Shown one piece after another: positions 18,679 to 28,689 of a stretch of DNA of 62,290 nt; within the stretch, counting starts at the first letter, position 1; each line of letters begins with the position of its first letter. The DNA comes from a virus. Lineage: Duplodnaviria; Caudoviricetes. The translations under genes and the position numbers were made by a program. The notes beneath the pieces are model-generated. The model was not told where the DNA came from, searched no databases, and was given only the letters and a program-made list of their open reading frames with translations. The stretch spans positions 1 to 62,290 of IMG/VR virus record IMGVR_UViG_3300017963_000048; one strand, 5' to 3'.

Positions 18679-19479
18679 TCACCAGCACTCTTGGCCTTTC
18701 AAACTATCAGCCAAACTTTGGCCCAAAACATCATTGAAATCTTGCGGTGGATATTCAACTTTTGGCCTGATGGTGTGCAATTCAAACCAACCATGCACGC
18801 GATCATCTTCAGTGGTGAATTGCTGCACATTGTCAAAGTCATGCACAAAATTTGGCTGCTCAATGAAATTATAGATTCCTTCCAGCGTGGCCTTTGGTGC
18901 TTGACACAGATATTTATAATCTACAAAGTGCATGCGATCACCTAAGTGCTGCTCTTGTGCTGCTCTAATCAAATTTAAGCAACTACCAACCAAGTTGCGA
19001 CCATCAGCCCAAAATGTCACGCGTGTTTGAACGTTGATGAAATGCTGAGGATATTGCAGTTGACCTGGCACCACTGAAAGAGCATCAGTTTTGCGATATA
19101 ATTTTTCCACTGAAGCCATCACACCGCGCAAGTCCCGCACAGTTACGATGATCTTTGCTTTCTGGCCAGTGATTGCCTCAATGGTGGGAATGAATGCCAG
19201 CCAGCCGCGTGACTTGTCAATGATGACTGACTCTTGCTGGTTGGCATAATAACCATAGAGCAGACTAAGCAGAGCATTTTTCAAGTGCTGATTGCTTTTC
19301 TCTATTGACATGGCTCGCATGCCAGCAAGCTGGTTCCAGCCATTTTTGATTGATGTCACCACGTCAATTAAACTGCTCGTGGCACTGGTAAAGATTTCCG
19401 GATTTTGGGCCAATATATTACAAAGCAATGTTGACCCAGAACGGGGCAAACCTGACATGAAGATCATTTGCTTTTCCAT
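18679..19479 (-). CDS. Sulfotransferase family protein
   Basis: PAPS-binding loop SGLPRSGSTLL; IIDKSRGW; VRDLRGVMAS. Confidence 0.9.
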   Translation of the reverse strand: MEKQMIFMSGLPRSGSTLLCNILAQNPEIFTSATSSLIDVVTSIKNGWNQLAGMRAMSIEKSNQHLKNALLSLLYGYYANQQESVIIDKSRGWLAFIPTIEAITGQKAKIIVTVRDLRGVMASVEKLYRKTDALSVVPGQLQYPQHFINVQTRVTFWADGRNLVGSCLNLIRAAQEQHLGDRMHFVDYKYLCQAPKATLEGIYNFIEQPNFVHDFDNVQQFTTEDDRVHGWFELHTIRPKVEYPPQDFNDVLGQSLADSLKGQECW

Positions 19480-19503
19480 TTTTGCTGCTCCCTGGTGATT
19501 AAT

Positions 19504-19692
19504 TTAATTTGCTTCAGCTTCAGCTTGCTGCTTAGCAAGCTGCTCTAAGTGTATTCTGCGCATTTGCACATTTAACTCATTGCGCAAACTACGTCTGGTT
19601 TCACCTTGCTCCATTGGCCGTAAAACTTCAGCACGAAATTTTCGCGCTTCTTCAATGGTGGTGATGTCAGACACTTTCATTTGCTTAGTCAT
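19504..19692 (-). CDS. Small hypothetical protein (possible fibre chaperone)
   Basis: AGGAG RBS, follows fibre gene. Confidence 0.6.
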   Translation of the reverse strand: MTKQMKVSDITTIEEARKFRAEVLRPMEQGETRRSLRNELNVQMRRIHLEQLAKQQAEAEAN

Positions 19693-19747
19693 TTTTCTGC
19701 TCCTGCTGATTAATTGGATATATGGTTTGCATGACAATTTTATCTCA

Positions 19748-21103
19748 TTAAGGAATCGCTTCCAACGGAATCTTATAACGACCCGCATTAAACTCAACTA
19801 TAAAATAATGCCCTGGAGTCGTTGCAGCCGCGACGGGAGTAAAATCATCGAAATGGATAAAACTTGTTGATCCAACGCCCAATCTTACCGATGAAGCAAC
19901 GGAATTTGAAACGCGATATCCTAACGCTGTTGAGTTTGTGGCAGAAACCGTAGCTCCGTAACCTATTGCCATTGCATAAGTGCCACCCGCTGCGACATTG
20001 GCAGACGGCCCGATGGCTATGCCGTAAGGATAACCGCTTATAGCATTTGCACCAACAGCAAGCGCTCCTGGAAAGTTTGCACGAGCATTGATACCAATCC
20101 CAACGCCAAAAGTGCCAGTGGCCTGTGCGTTTTGGCCTAACGCTAACCCATTTGAAATTCCAACAGATGTCGAAGGCCCGATAGCAATCCCGTTAAGACC
20201 GGCATCCGCAGCGCGACCAATAGCGAGAGCATCATTACCGTCTGCATTCGCAGTATATCCCAACGCAATTGCTCCATGCGAGGCATATGCTGAAACTCCA
20301 ATTGCAATTCCTTGACCACTGCCACCAACACCACCCAACGCCTCAGCCGATGCACCAATCGCAATCGCACCACCGTAAGCCGACGAATTCGCAAACGCAT
20401 TTTTCCCGATTGCAATTGACGGATATATTGGAAATACACCAGGGAGCGCGCTTATAGCGCCGTACCCGATAGCAATCCCGTCATTTGCATCCGCCTTATA
20501 TCCGATCGCAATTGCTCCACCAGTTGGAGAAAAAGAATACGAATATTGACCAATCGCAATTCCACCATAAGTGTATCCTGGCCCTGCCGATTCCGCATCA
20601 TAACCAATTGCAATCCTGTTAGGACCAGCAATCGCTTGACGACCAACAGCAACGCCGCGAGTATTAGACTCCGAAAATGCGCCAATCGCCACGGAGGGAA
20701 ATCCCGGCTTTGTTTCCGCATCATAACCAACTGCCACAGAGAAAGCATTAGCAGCGATTGAATTATGACCAATCGACACCCCACTGTCCCCACCTGCGGA
20801 GGCAGTATTGCCAATTTGAATCGCATTATTCGCTAAAGGTTGTGCCACATTATTAGGCCCATAAAGTGAATTATAGGGAGTATAAGCAAACACACCCGCA
20901 GCCGCGTTAGGTTGCCAACTCGCGCCCCCGTATCCGTCTGCCGTTGCGACTTGTCCCGCGGGAGCTGCTCCACTCCAAATGTGACCAACCTTTAGCTGTT
21001 CGACAGATTGGTGCTGGTCTGATCTAATGTCTTCAGGTGTGCCACGCTTTCTGTTTAAGCGTGCACTTGGCTTGCTCAGATCGTTTCTGTTTTTCATTTC
21101 CAT
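19748..21103 (-). CDS. Fibre/adhesin with YadA-head-like AIAIG repeats
   Basis: Many 14-16-residue (A/G)(I/V)A(I/V)G repeats; GQVATADG linker. Confidence 0.8.
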   Translation of the reverse strand: MEMKNRNDLSKPSARLNRKRGTPEDIRSDQHQSVEQLKVGHIWSGAAPAGQVATADGYGGASWQPNAAAGVFAYTPYNSLYGPNNVAQPLANNAIQIGNTASAGGDSGVSIGHNSIAANAFSVAVGYDAETKPGFPSVAIGAFSESNTRGVAVGRQAIAGPNRIAIGYDAESAGPGYTYGGIAIGQYSYSFSPTGGAIAIGYKADANDGIAIGYGAISALPGVFPIYPSIAIGKNAFANSSAYGGAIAIGASAEALGGVGGSGQGIAIGVSAYASHGAIALGYTANADGNDALAIGRAADAGLNGIAIGPSTSVGISNGLALGQNAQATGTFGVGIGINARANFPGALAVGANAISGYPYGIAIGPSANVAAGGTYAMAIGYGATVSATNSTALGYRVSNSVASSVRLGVGSTSFIHFDDFTPVAAATTPGHYFIVEFNAGRYKIPLEAIP

Positions 21104-21148
21104 AACTCACTCCTCATATGCTTATAATCATAAACACATGGCAACATG

Positions 21149-22252
21149 CTAGGCAACTTTAATATAATAGTTCCAGTCATTGTCACCAGTCAGTGATGGC
21201 AATTCCAAATCAGCTGTCAAACTGGTGGTGCCTGTGTTAGCGACAGCAATCCAGCGCCCACCATAGTTTGCAATCTCATTGACTGCGGTACTTGGATCCG
21301 TTGCTATTTGGTGCCATGTGATGCCGTCAGTAGAGACAAACGCCTCCGGAAGGTCGTCAATAGCCAAAAACGCGTGACCGTTCCAATCAACTGATTTAAA
21401 GTCATCAATACTAAAGCCCGGAGTTATTGTAGTCCAGTTAATTGCATCATAAGAATAGGCACAAATACCACTATTGCCCACGGCCACAAATACGCCATTC
21501 CCATAAGTGACATCGTTCCATGCACCTAATCCAATCGAACGGCTTGTCCAGGTCACGCCATCCGGTGAGGTTGCAACGACTGAAACTCCCACAGCGACAT
21601 ATTTTCCAGCTCCATAAACCACAGACAAATAAGCACCCGCGGGGATAGTTTGCTCTGTCCAGTTTATACCATCAGGTGACGTGGCACAAATATCAGTGCC
21701 CACGGCCACAAATAAACCATTCCCAAAGCTTATGTAATCCCAAGCACCAGCGGGAATTGTCCGGCTCGTCCAGGTGGCACCATCTGGGGAAGTGTAGCAG
21801 CTGTCTGTGTAAACGAGCACAAACAAACCAGCTCCAAAAGCTAAGCAGTGCCTTGCTAATGCAGCCGCGGGAATGGCAGCAGCTTGTGCAGCCCAGGTTT
21901 CGCCATCACTTGACGTTTGTGCTACGACATCATTATTTGCAACTGTCACCATTAGGCCAGCATCACTGACCGCTAACCCTCGATAAGATTTATCTAAAAT
22001 CGTTTGATCAGCGAAAACATATGCCGGGGGCAATTGGGGATAGATTAGCGGGTTGGCCACAGAGCCATCTGCCAGTGCAAATTTTGACGTGTTTGGATTG
22101 AACGGCCAAAGCACAACACCACCAATGCGCAAATCAGCCAGGGCATAATCTTCCACTGATTGACTTGGCTGCGCTTCGAGTGCATCAGGATCAGCCAAGT
22201 GACGATTGTTCCACAGAGTGGAACCACCTAAAATTGTGTGTTGATTAGTCAT
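21149..22252 (-). CDS. Beta-propeller (TSPDGxxW repeat) putative virion protein
   Basis: Repeats TSPDGATWT/TSPDGINWT/YGNGVFVAVG. Confidence 0.75.
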   Translation of the reverse strand: MTNQHTILGGSTLWNNRHLADPDALEAQPSQSVEDYALADLRIGGVVLWPFNPNTSKFALADGSVANPLIYPQLPPAYVFADQTILDKSYRGLAVSDAGLMVTVANNDVVAQTSSDGETWAAQAAAIPAAALARHCLAFGAGLFVLVYTDSCYTSPDGATWTSRTIPAGAWDYISFGNGLFVAVGTDICATSPDGINWTEQTIPAGAYLSVVYGAGKYVAVGVSVVATSPDGVTWTSRSIGLGAWNDVTYGNGVFVAVGNSGICAYSYDAINWTTITPGFSIDDFKSVDWNGHAFLAIDDLPEAFVSTDGITWHQIATDPSTAVNEIANYGGRWIAVANTGTTSLTADLELPSLTGDNDWNYYIKVA

Positions 22253-22288
22253 TTCATTCTCTCCTCTTATAAACTTATGATCTAAACT

Positions 22289-23605
22289 TTATCTAATTTC
22301 TTTGAAATTGATGCTCGCACCCACATCAGCATCGCTGGTGCTAACTCTGACAGCAGCTAAAGTCAAAATGTCACTGACACCCGCAGCATTTAAATGAATT
22401 TCGCCTTTGCCAGCAATACCATGATCACTGCCAGCAGCGCGGTTGTTGCCCGTACCAGAATAACCTGTAATGAGCGCACGACCACCAGTCACCACAGTGG
22501 CTGCGATGTCAAATTCACAAATGCTGTTAGCATCCACGCTTGACCAGCTGGCACCAGTCAACGTGGTTGGATTTTTTAATATCTTCCAATGAATGCTGTT
22601 ATCAGTCACAATTTGCAAGCCAACTGGCACCACCAAGCCACGATTAGAAAAGGTATTGTAAGTTGCTTTTAAGCGCAAGCTGAGCACCGGCACCAGCGTG
22701 GTGCTGACTGTTTTCAGGCTGCCTGCACGTGTAGCAGAAAACGCAAAGCCGGGCAGGTCCTGCAAGTCTGGTGCCCCTTCAGATTTTACAGTCACACAAA
22801 TGGCCAGCACACGTGCCACTGCATTGGCAGTGCCTATGTTTTTGACCGACCAGAAAGGTGGCAAGGTGGCCAGCTGCCAATAAGGACCAATCCGCAAATT
22901 GTCATTATGAATTTCGTGCAATAAAACAGCAACACCGTTGCGGTCAAGATAAAAACGAATACGGCCAACAGCCAGTGACTGAAAATCAATCATAAAAATT
23001 TGACTTTTTGTCCAGTCGGTATCCAGTAACTGATTTTCATTCCAGAAAGCTTGGTCAACATTCACCAAGTCAACTGCTGCCCCACTGATGCTGCTGCGCA
23101 AAAATATGCTGGCTCCATCTTCATCAAGCCTAAAGCCCACGGCATTGGCTGCGTCACCATAGCCAATTTCAGCCACCACATTGGTGAAATCCACTCCATC
23201 TGGATTCAAGTTACCTGTAATCACAATTTGCTGACTGTTACCGGGGGTATAAGGTGTGTATTGACTGGCTTGCAAAGTGGCTGCTGCTGCGTTGACAGTG
23301 CCACCTGTTGACAAATAAACTGCACGCAAGTTGCTATTATGTGTTAAAGCACCCGTGCCAGACACCACTTCATCAAACAGCAAGGGCATTTTGTCGTATG
23401 TGAAAGTATTGTCAAGCCTAAAACCCTGCATGCTGACACGTGAGCGCCCAAAAGCATCTTGCGCAGCAGTGTCACCTGGCACCACCACCACTGGCTCTGA
23501 CGATGGAGCACCACCAACCGGCAGTGGGTGTGTGGCATCCACGTCAACAAAATCACCAATGCTTTCATCGAAATAAACCACGCGAATTGGATCACTGACT
23601 TTCAT
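22289..23605 (-). CDS. Putative virion structural protein
   Basis: DAFGRSRVS and YTPG motifs, beta-rich, in head accessory block. Confidence 0.6.
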   Translation of the reverse strand: MKVSDPIRVVYFDESIGDFVDVDATHPLPVGGAPSSEPVVVVPGDTAAQDAFGRSRVSMQGFRLDNTFTYDKMPLLFDEVVSGTGALTHNSNLRAVYLSTGGTVNAAAATLQASQYTPYTPGNSQQIVITGNLNPDGVDFTNVVAEIGYGDAANAVGFRLDEDGASIFLRSSISGAAVDLVNVDQAFWNENQLLDTDWTKSQIFMIDFQSLAVGRIRFYLDRNGVAVLLHEIHNDNLRIGPYWQLATLPPFWSVKNIGTANAVARVLAICVTVKSEGAPDLQDLPGFAFSATRAGSLKTVSTTLVPVLSLRLKATYNTFSNRGLVVPVGLQIVTDNSIHWKILKNPTTLTGASWSSVDANSICEFDIAATVVTGGRALITGYSGTGNNRAAGSDHGIAGKGEIHLNAAGVSDILTLAAVRVSTSDADVGASINFKEIR

Positions 23606-23614
23606 GCTTCTCTC

Positions 23615-24502
23615 CTATGGTGCTGTTTGCGTGGTGACTTGGCCACCCACCGTGCACGTGGCACGTGTCAAAGCAGACAGATCATCTTGCACTAAAATTT
23701 CAACATAATCACCCGGGTAGATTCGCAGGGGTACACCATACCAATCTTCCCAAAGAATTTCCACACCAAAGCCATAATCACCACCACCACCACTGCGATC
23801 ATCATATGCCCCGCGCCCAATATGCTTTAAGTCACCATTGGTTTTGGCATTGAAAATGCTGTTGATCCCATCTGGCCTATGATGGTGAAGCACAATCCCA
23901 TTGGTCAAAGCAGCAATACCACCAAACTTGCCATCATCCATTGCAACATCATCCAGCAATATGATTTTCATAAAGGTAATATCAAGCACAACTGGTGTGC
24001 TTTGTGCCAATGGTGGTGGCATGACAAACTCTAAGTGACTACCTAAGCTGCCCCCCGCTTTGGCGAAATTGATGGTGGTGCGTTTGATCTCAGTGGGTGT
24101 GGCTGCTGCATAAGTTTTTGGGAGAGGCGAGTCAATCACCACATCATCGTAACCGACCTGTGCTGTCACGCTGATCACTTCCAATTGCTCAGCACCAAAG
24201 CCATCAAACACGAATAGAGTTTCACCAGCATTGATGCTGCCAGTGGGGTGTGTGCCATCCACCACAATTTGCAGCGTGGTGGCACCGGCCACTGCGTCAA
24301 CGTTCAAGCTGTAAGTTAACGCATCTAAATCTTGCGCCAAGAAATTATTGAACACGCGGGTATCTTGGCTGCTGATCGTGACATGCAGTGGATTATCGTC
24401 ACCCACTGGGTTTTGATTGCCATCAGAGTCAAACTGCAATAGCTCCACGCCACCATCGACAATGCGCACCGGGTCTGAGGGATATTTGCCGTCAATACTC
24501 AT
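23615..24502 (-). CDS. Putative virion structural protein
   Basis: NPLHV motif shared with next gene (HPLPV); KFGGIAALTNG. Confidence 0.55.
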   Translation of the reverse strand: MSIDGKYPSDPVRIVDGGVELLQFDSDGNQNPVGDDNPLHVTISSQDTRVFNNFLAQDLDALTYSLNVDAVAGATTLQIVVDGTHPTGSINAGETLFVFDGFGAEQLEVISVTAQVGYDDVVIDSPLPKTYAAATPTEIKRTTINFAKAGGSLGSHLEFVMPPPLAQSTPVVLDITFMKIILLDDVAMDDGKFGGIAALTNGIVLHHHRPDGINSIFNAKTNGDLKHIGRGAYDDRSGGGGDYGFGVEILWEDWYGVPLRIYPGDYVEILVQDDLSALTRATCTVGGQVTTQTAP

Positions 24503-24830
24503 TCGAGATATAACCTCCCACCGTTTGCAAAAACGCTTGGCCACCAGCAATGGCCAGCCACATCAGCAGCCAGTTGAAGCTGTCAAACTGCGTGACATAA
24601 TACCAAGCAGCCAGTGCTGCAAACCACACGCCCAAGCAATACGGACAGGTAATTAATTCGTAAAATAACTCTATAAACTTGTTAACCAAACTGTATCTAA
24701 ATTGTGTGGCACCAAGCCTGCCAATGCCTTTTCTCAAACTGGCACTGATCGAGTCACTCGCCATGATCAGTGCCAGCCGATAGACTGCGAAACTCAGCAG
24801 CAAAAACATGAAAGCTGCTGAAGCTGTCAA
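24492..24830 (-). CDS. DUF1360-like membrane protein
   Basis: YRL..I..D.I...LR and ELITCPYCLGVW motifs with TM segments. Confidence 0.7.
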   Translation of the reverse strand: MTASAAFMFLLLSFAVYRLALIMASDSISASLRKGIGRLGATQFRYSLVNKFIELFYELITCPYCLGVWFAALAAWYYVTQFDSFNWLLMWLAIAGGQAFLQTVGGYISNEY

Positions 24831-25432
24831 GTCAATTGCTCCTCAAGCCAACTGATTAATGTGCTCCGCTGCTGGCCTGCTTGCTCAGCAACTAACAGCG
24901 CGGCATAATCTTCTTTGGAAAAATGGTCTAGCAGTTTGATCTTGGTCACGCTTAGCTCTAAGGTGGCTTCAACTGCCAAATCAACGTCCTCAGCGGGGGG
25001 TGTTGCTACAGCAACAGCATTGGCTGTGCTGACGGCTTCAGCTGCACCAGTTTCAGTTTCGGGGCTGGGCGCTTCAATTTCGGGGGTTTCCTGCGCTTCA
25101 ACTGCTTCAGATAATTCAAACACCAGCAAGCCATGTTTGCGCAGCTGCAACAGTCCTGGTTGGTTTGAACGTGCAGTCTCTAAATCTTCATTCTTGACTT
25201 GCACCTGAGCGCGTGACAAACCTGCACGATATCTGGTGCCACTCACCGGCCCGAAATAAGTTTGCGTGCCCCAACTGCGCCCCACATATTTCAAAACTGT
25301 GTGACCATCTTCAACTTCGTCCACAGTAGGCACTGCTTGCTGGCCATCGTAGATTGTATTCATAACACTGCTCCTTGAATCATTTGATCTAACAGTGGGC
25401 GCACTGCGCACACCACCACCACAACACGGCAT
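24827..25432 (-). CDS. Hypothetical protein after capsid gene
   Basis: GAGGAG RBS; MPCCGGG start; acidic linker; E..GQQRSTLI..L C-terminal motif. Confidence 0.7.
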   Translation of the reverse strand: MPCCGGGVRSAPTVRSNDSRSSVMNTIYDGQQAVPTVDEVEDGHTVLKYVGRSWGTQTYFGPVSGTRYRAGLSRAQVQVKNEDLETARSNQPGLLQLRKHGLLVFELSEAVEAQETPEIEAPSPETETGAAEAVSTANAVAVATPPAEDVDLAVEATLELSVTKIKLLDHFSKEDYAALLVAEQAGQQRSTLISWLEEQLT

Positions 25433-25444
25433 GATAAAACTCCT

Positions 25445-25477
25445 CAAGCGTGGTGCTATTGATTAGCACCACGCTTG
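25445..25477 (-). terminator. Stem-loop after major capsid gene
   Basis: CAAGCGTGGTGCTA-TTGAT-TAGCACCACGCTTG. Confidence 0.6.
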
Positions 25478-25497
25478 CCATTAATTTGATCTATTTT

Positions 25498-26877
25498 TTA
25501 TTGGATTTCTTCTTCTTCACATTCAGCAGCAGTGAAAGCACCATCTAGCGGATGGAAACCACTAGAAGGATCAGGGCTGATCACACCACCTGGCGTGTCA
25601 CACACCACGTTTTGGAAGCGCGCTTGTGCCCATGGAGCACGACAGAACAAACGGGGGTGCATCCAAGCTTTCAGAGTGCGACATTCGTTTTCAGTGTCAA
25701 TGCGACCAAGTAAACGGCCACCATCTAAACTGAAGTAACCATTTTCGGGTGCTTGGCTGATGGCATTCATGGCACTGATATGCTGGCCTTGCCATAAGCG
25801 CACACTGCCGACTGCACGTGTCAGCACATAGAAGTCAAAATTGTCAACAGCATTGATTAATGACCAGTCATAAGCAAGCACCGGAATTTCAAAGCCATCC
25901 AGCATAATCTTGCCATAGCCAAACGAGCCACCTAGCAAGCCAGTGCGGAAAGTGCGTGCTTCGAGGGATTGCAGAGCGACTTCATTGTATTGACTGCCGT
26001 CACAAACTGACCAGCAAGTGAAGTGATCTAACAAACAGGGGATCATGCCGTAAGGCATCAAAATGATCATGTCGCCCACATTCATGGGCTGCACTTTCAA
26101 GCGGTTTGACCAGCTGATCCGCTGCTTAATTCGGCGCACAGTCGCCAAGAGCACGTCCACCAAATTGGCCGTGGCTGAAACCGCGGCACCATTCCAAGTG
26201 ATGCCTGCACCACCAGTCATGGGGTTGCTATTCCAATCAATCACAATCGAGTCTTGCATGGCTGAAGCATAACCAGTGGAAACCCATTGCTGCAAGCCAT
26301 CAAACTGACCGGCCACAGCATCAGAGCCCACGACTACCAAGTTATTGACATCCGTCAAAATCTGGTCAACTGCAAAACGCAAATCCCACTCACGTTCATC
26401 TGTGATCTGCGTGCCATCCAAGCGCCAAATTGGATCACTGGCACAATACTTTTTGGGCTTCATTAAGTCGCGGGTTGGTCCCATGCGACCAATGCGCCCA
26501 AAATCTTCTGTCTCAATTTTGCTGGTGCCATATTCAACACCATAGGGATCAGCACAAGGATCACCAAGATAGCCGGGGGTATCCGCGGCTTCACTCTGCG
26601 CTGGACGCACATAGTCAATGTATTCACTGACCAGCTTGCACTCGTCAGAAACATCAAAGCCAACCCAATCAAGGAAAGGCAATTGACCATTGAAGTGCAA
26701 TGACATTAAATCACCATCACCACACACATCAAAGAAATTGCAGCAGCCAAATGGTGTGGCTGCTGTGCTGACAGTCATGGCACGCTGCACAGCTAAGTTG
26801 GAAACCCCAAGCCCACCGGGGTTTGCCATTTGCGCAAAAGTCTGCGCCATCGTAGCAAAAAGTTCTTCTTGATTCAT
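25498..26877 (-). CDS. Major capsid protein
   Basis: Follows protease/scaffold, strong GGAGGT RBS, G...AGQFDGL HK97-type motif. Confidence 0.8.
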   Translation of the reverse strand: MNQEELFATMAQTFAQMANPGGLGVSNLAVQRAMTVSTAATPFGCCNFFDVCGDGDLMSLHFNGQLPFLDWVGFDVSDECKLVSEYIDYVRPAQSEAADTPGYLGDPCADPYGVEYGTSKIETEDFGRIGRMGPTRDLMKPKKYCASDPIWRLDGTQITDEREWDLRFAVDQILTDVNNLVVVGSDAVAGQFDGLQQWVSTGYASAMQDSIVIDWNSNPMTGGAGITWNGAAVSATANLVDVLLATVRRIKQRISWSNRLKVQPMNVGDMIILMPYGMIPCLLDHFTCWSVCDGSQYNEVALQSLEARTFRTGLLGGSFGYGKIMLDGFEIPVLAYDWSLINAVDNFDFYVLTRAVGSVRLWQGQHISAMNAISQAPENGYFSLDGGRLLGRIDTENECRTLKAWMHPRLFCRAPWAQARFQNVVCDTPGGVISPDPSSGFHPLDGAFTAAECEEEEIQ

Positions 26878-26924
26878 TTTTCATACCTCCGAAAAGTATT
26901 TAATTTAATCCGATGGGATCGGAA

Positions 26925-28322
26925 TTAATAGGCGGGTAAGCGCTCTAACGCTTTGGCTGCTTTGTCCTCTTCGGGATCTTCATTGGTTTGGTTTTCAGCT
27001 GCACGCTGGACAGCAGGCCGGAAAGTCAGTGTCAAAGCACTGGCCACCGGCGAGTCAACTTGGTTGGCAGCTGCAACTGCACGCTGGACATCAGCTTGCT
27101 GCTGGTTGATCGCACCAACTTCAGCCAGCTGTGTGGCAATGGTGGCCAGCTGCGCCTGCATCTCATTCAGCACTTCACTGACGATGGCCAAGTCAGCTGT
27201 GTTTTGGGCAGAGCGCTGCTGCAAATCACCTATGGGTGCCAAGCGCTCTGCAACACCATTCATGAAAGCTGCATTCTCAGATAGCGCTTCCATAAATTCT
27301 TCAGTGACTTCCACTTGCGTGACAGCTTCAACACTTTCAGCAGCTTCAGCCTCAGCTGTAACTTCTTCAGTGGTTTCGTCCTCGGCAGCTTCAGTTTCCA
27401 CTTCAGCTGTGCGTGTTACGGCAGTGGGGTCATCATCTAACGCACGATTGATGGCATTTGGATTGTCATCCAACCATGCTTGTGCTTTGCTTTCATCACC
27501 ACCAAATAATTTGACAAAAGCAGCTTTCTGTTTTGCATTCATACGGGTAACCTCCTCGAATTGCAAACTTGTTTTGGCTGTGAATAAAGCTGATGCCTCA
27601 TCTTCAGGGCATGTGGCAATTTCAAACATTATGCCCGCACGTCTGATGGGCATCAGCACACCACCAATTTCTTCAAACTCCGGTGCCTGGGTAGGCACAT
27701 AACCGACAGATTCACCCCAATAATCGGGGTCAGCTTCACGTGCAGCAATTTCAGCCCGGGCAATTTCACTGTCATCGTATAAGCCTGACGTGATCAGCGT
27801 GTGACCAGCTCTGGCCACGAAGTCAGCTTGACCAGTGCGCAAACCAGCACCCAAATGATAGAAGTTGCGAATGGGGTAATTGCCGGTACGCTCTATATGC
27901 TCTACAAAGCTGTCAAACAAGTCACCACTGTCAATTTGGTGATCACGATTGATGGTAGCCGTGCAGCTGACTGAAAACCAGCGCACTTGCTCTTTGCCAT
28001 TCACCTGGCTGCGCTGAATGGTGGTGCGAGCAACTTCAGGAAATTCAAATTCAACTTCCATCGGTTCACCTAATTCAACTTGGCCAGCATCAATCATGAC
28101 CGGATATTTTTTGAGTAACCCACCACCCATAGTGACTGCATAAACTTCACCAGCATCATAGAAAACATCTATCAGCCATTCGCCCCACACATCCATAGCC
28201 CATAACGCGCTCTCAACTTGGGTGGAAATTTGGCCACTGCTAATGGCACGCTGCACAGCTTCAGCTTCGAGCACTTCAGTGCCCTGTTGGAAAACGCTTA
28301 ACAGTTTTTCTAGTAAATTCAT
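26925..28322 (-). CDS. Prohead protease with scaffold-like C-terminus (internal start at 27542)
   Basis: NRDHQI, FYH, GESVGY, FEIATCP..AS motifs; acidic coiled-coil tail; in-frame GAGGAGG-ATG at 27542. Confidence 0.7.
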   Translation of the reverse strand: MNLLEKLLSVFQQGTEVLEAEAVQRAISSGQISTQVESALWAMDVWGEWLIDVFYDAGEVYAVTMGGGLLKKYPVMIDAGQVELGEPMEVEFEFPEVARTTIQRSQVNGKEQVRWFSVSCTATINRDHQIDSGDLFDSFVEHIERTGNYPIRNFYHLGAGLRTGQADFVARAGHTLITSGLYDDSEIARAEIAAREADPDYWGESVGYVPTQAPEFEEIGGVLMPIRRAGIMFEIATCPEDEASALFTAKTSLQFEEVTRMNAKQKAAFVKLFGGDESKAQAWLDDNPNAINRALDDDPTAVTRTAEVETEAAEDETTEEVTAEAEAAESVEAVTQVEVTEEFMEALSENAAFMNGVAERLAPIGDLQQRSAQNTADLAIVSEVLNEMQAQLATIATQLAEVGAINQQQADVQRAVAAANQVDSPVASALTLTFRPAVQRAAENQTNEDPEEDKAAKALERLPAY

Positions 28323-28440
28323 TTTGAATCCTCCAATTTTTTTTAAAAAAAAAGGCCACGAAAATGGATTCGTGCCTCTCTGGGCTATGATCTTTTTATG
28401 CAATTGTGATGTTAACTTTATATCTGCCACTTCCATCTTA

Positions 28441-28689
28441 TCATGTTTTGTTTCTAATTTCAATAAGGCAATCAACTTGGTCATATTCGCAGAGCGCTTG
28501 CACCAGCTCTGTGACTGGTATTTCCACAAACTCACTCCCACGCTTGGCAGCTTGCCAACGGTTCTTGTCCAGCAGCTGCAAACACACAGTGCCTGACTCG
28601 TCTTTCACCAGCTTGGCAATGGTGATGCCATCTAGCTTTATAATGTGATTGCATGGATTCACGTTGATCTGCTCCCTGGTGATTTTCAT
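28441..28689 (-). CDS. Small hypothetical protein
   Basis: TGATG overlap with upstream gene. Confidence 0.6.
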   Translation of the reverse strand: MKITREQINVNPCNHIIKLDGITIAKLVKDESGTVCLQLLDKNRWQAAKRGSEFVEIPVTELVQALCEYDQVDCLIEIRNKT

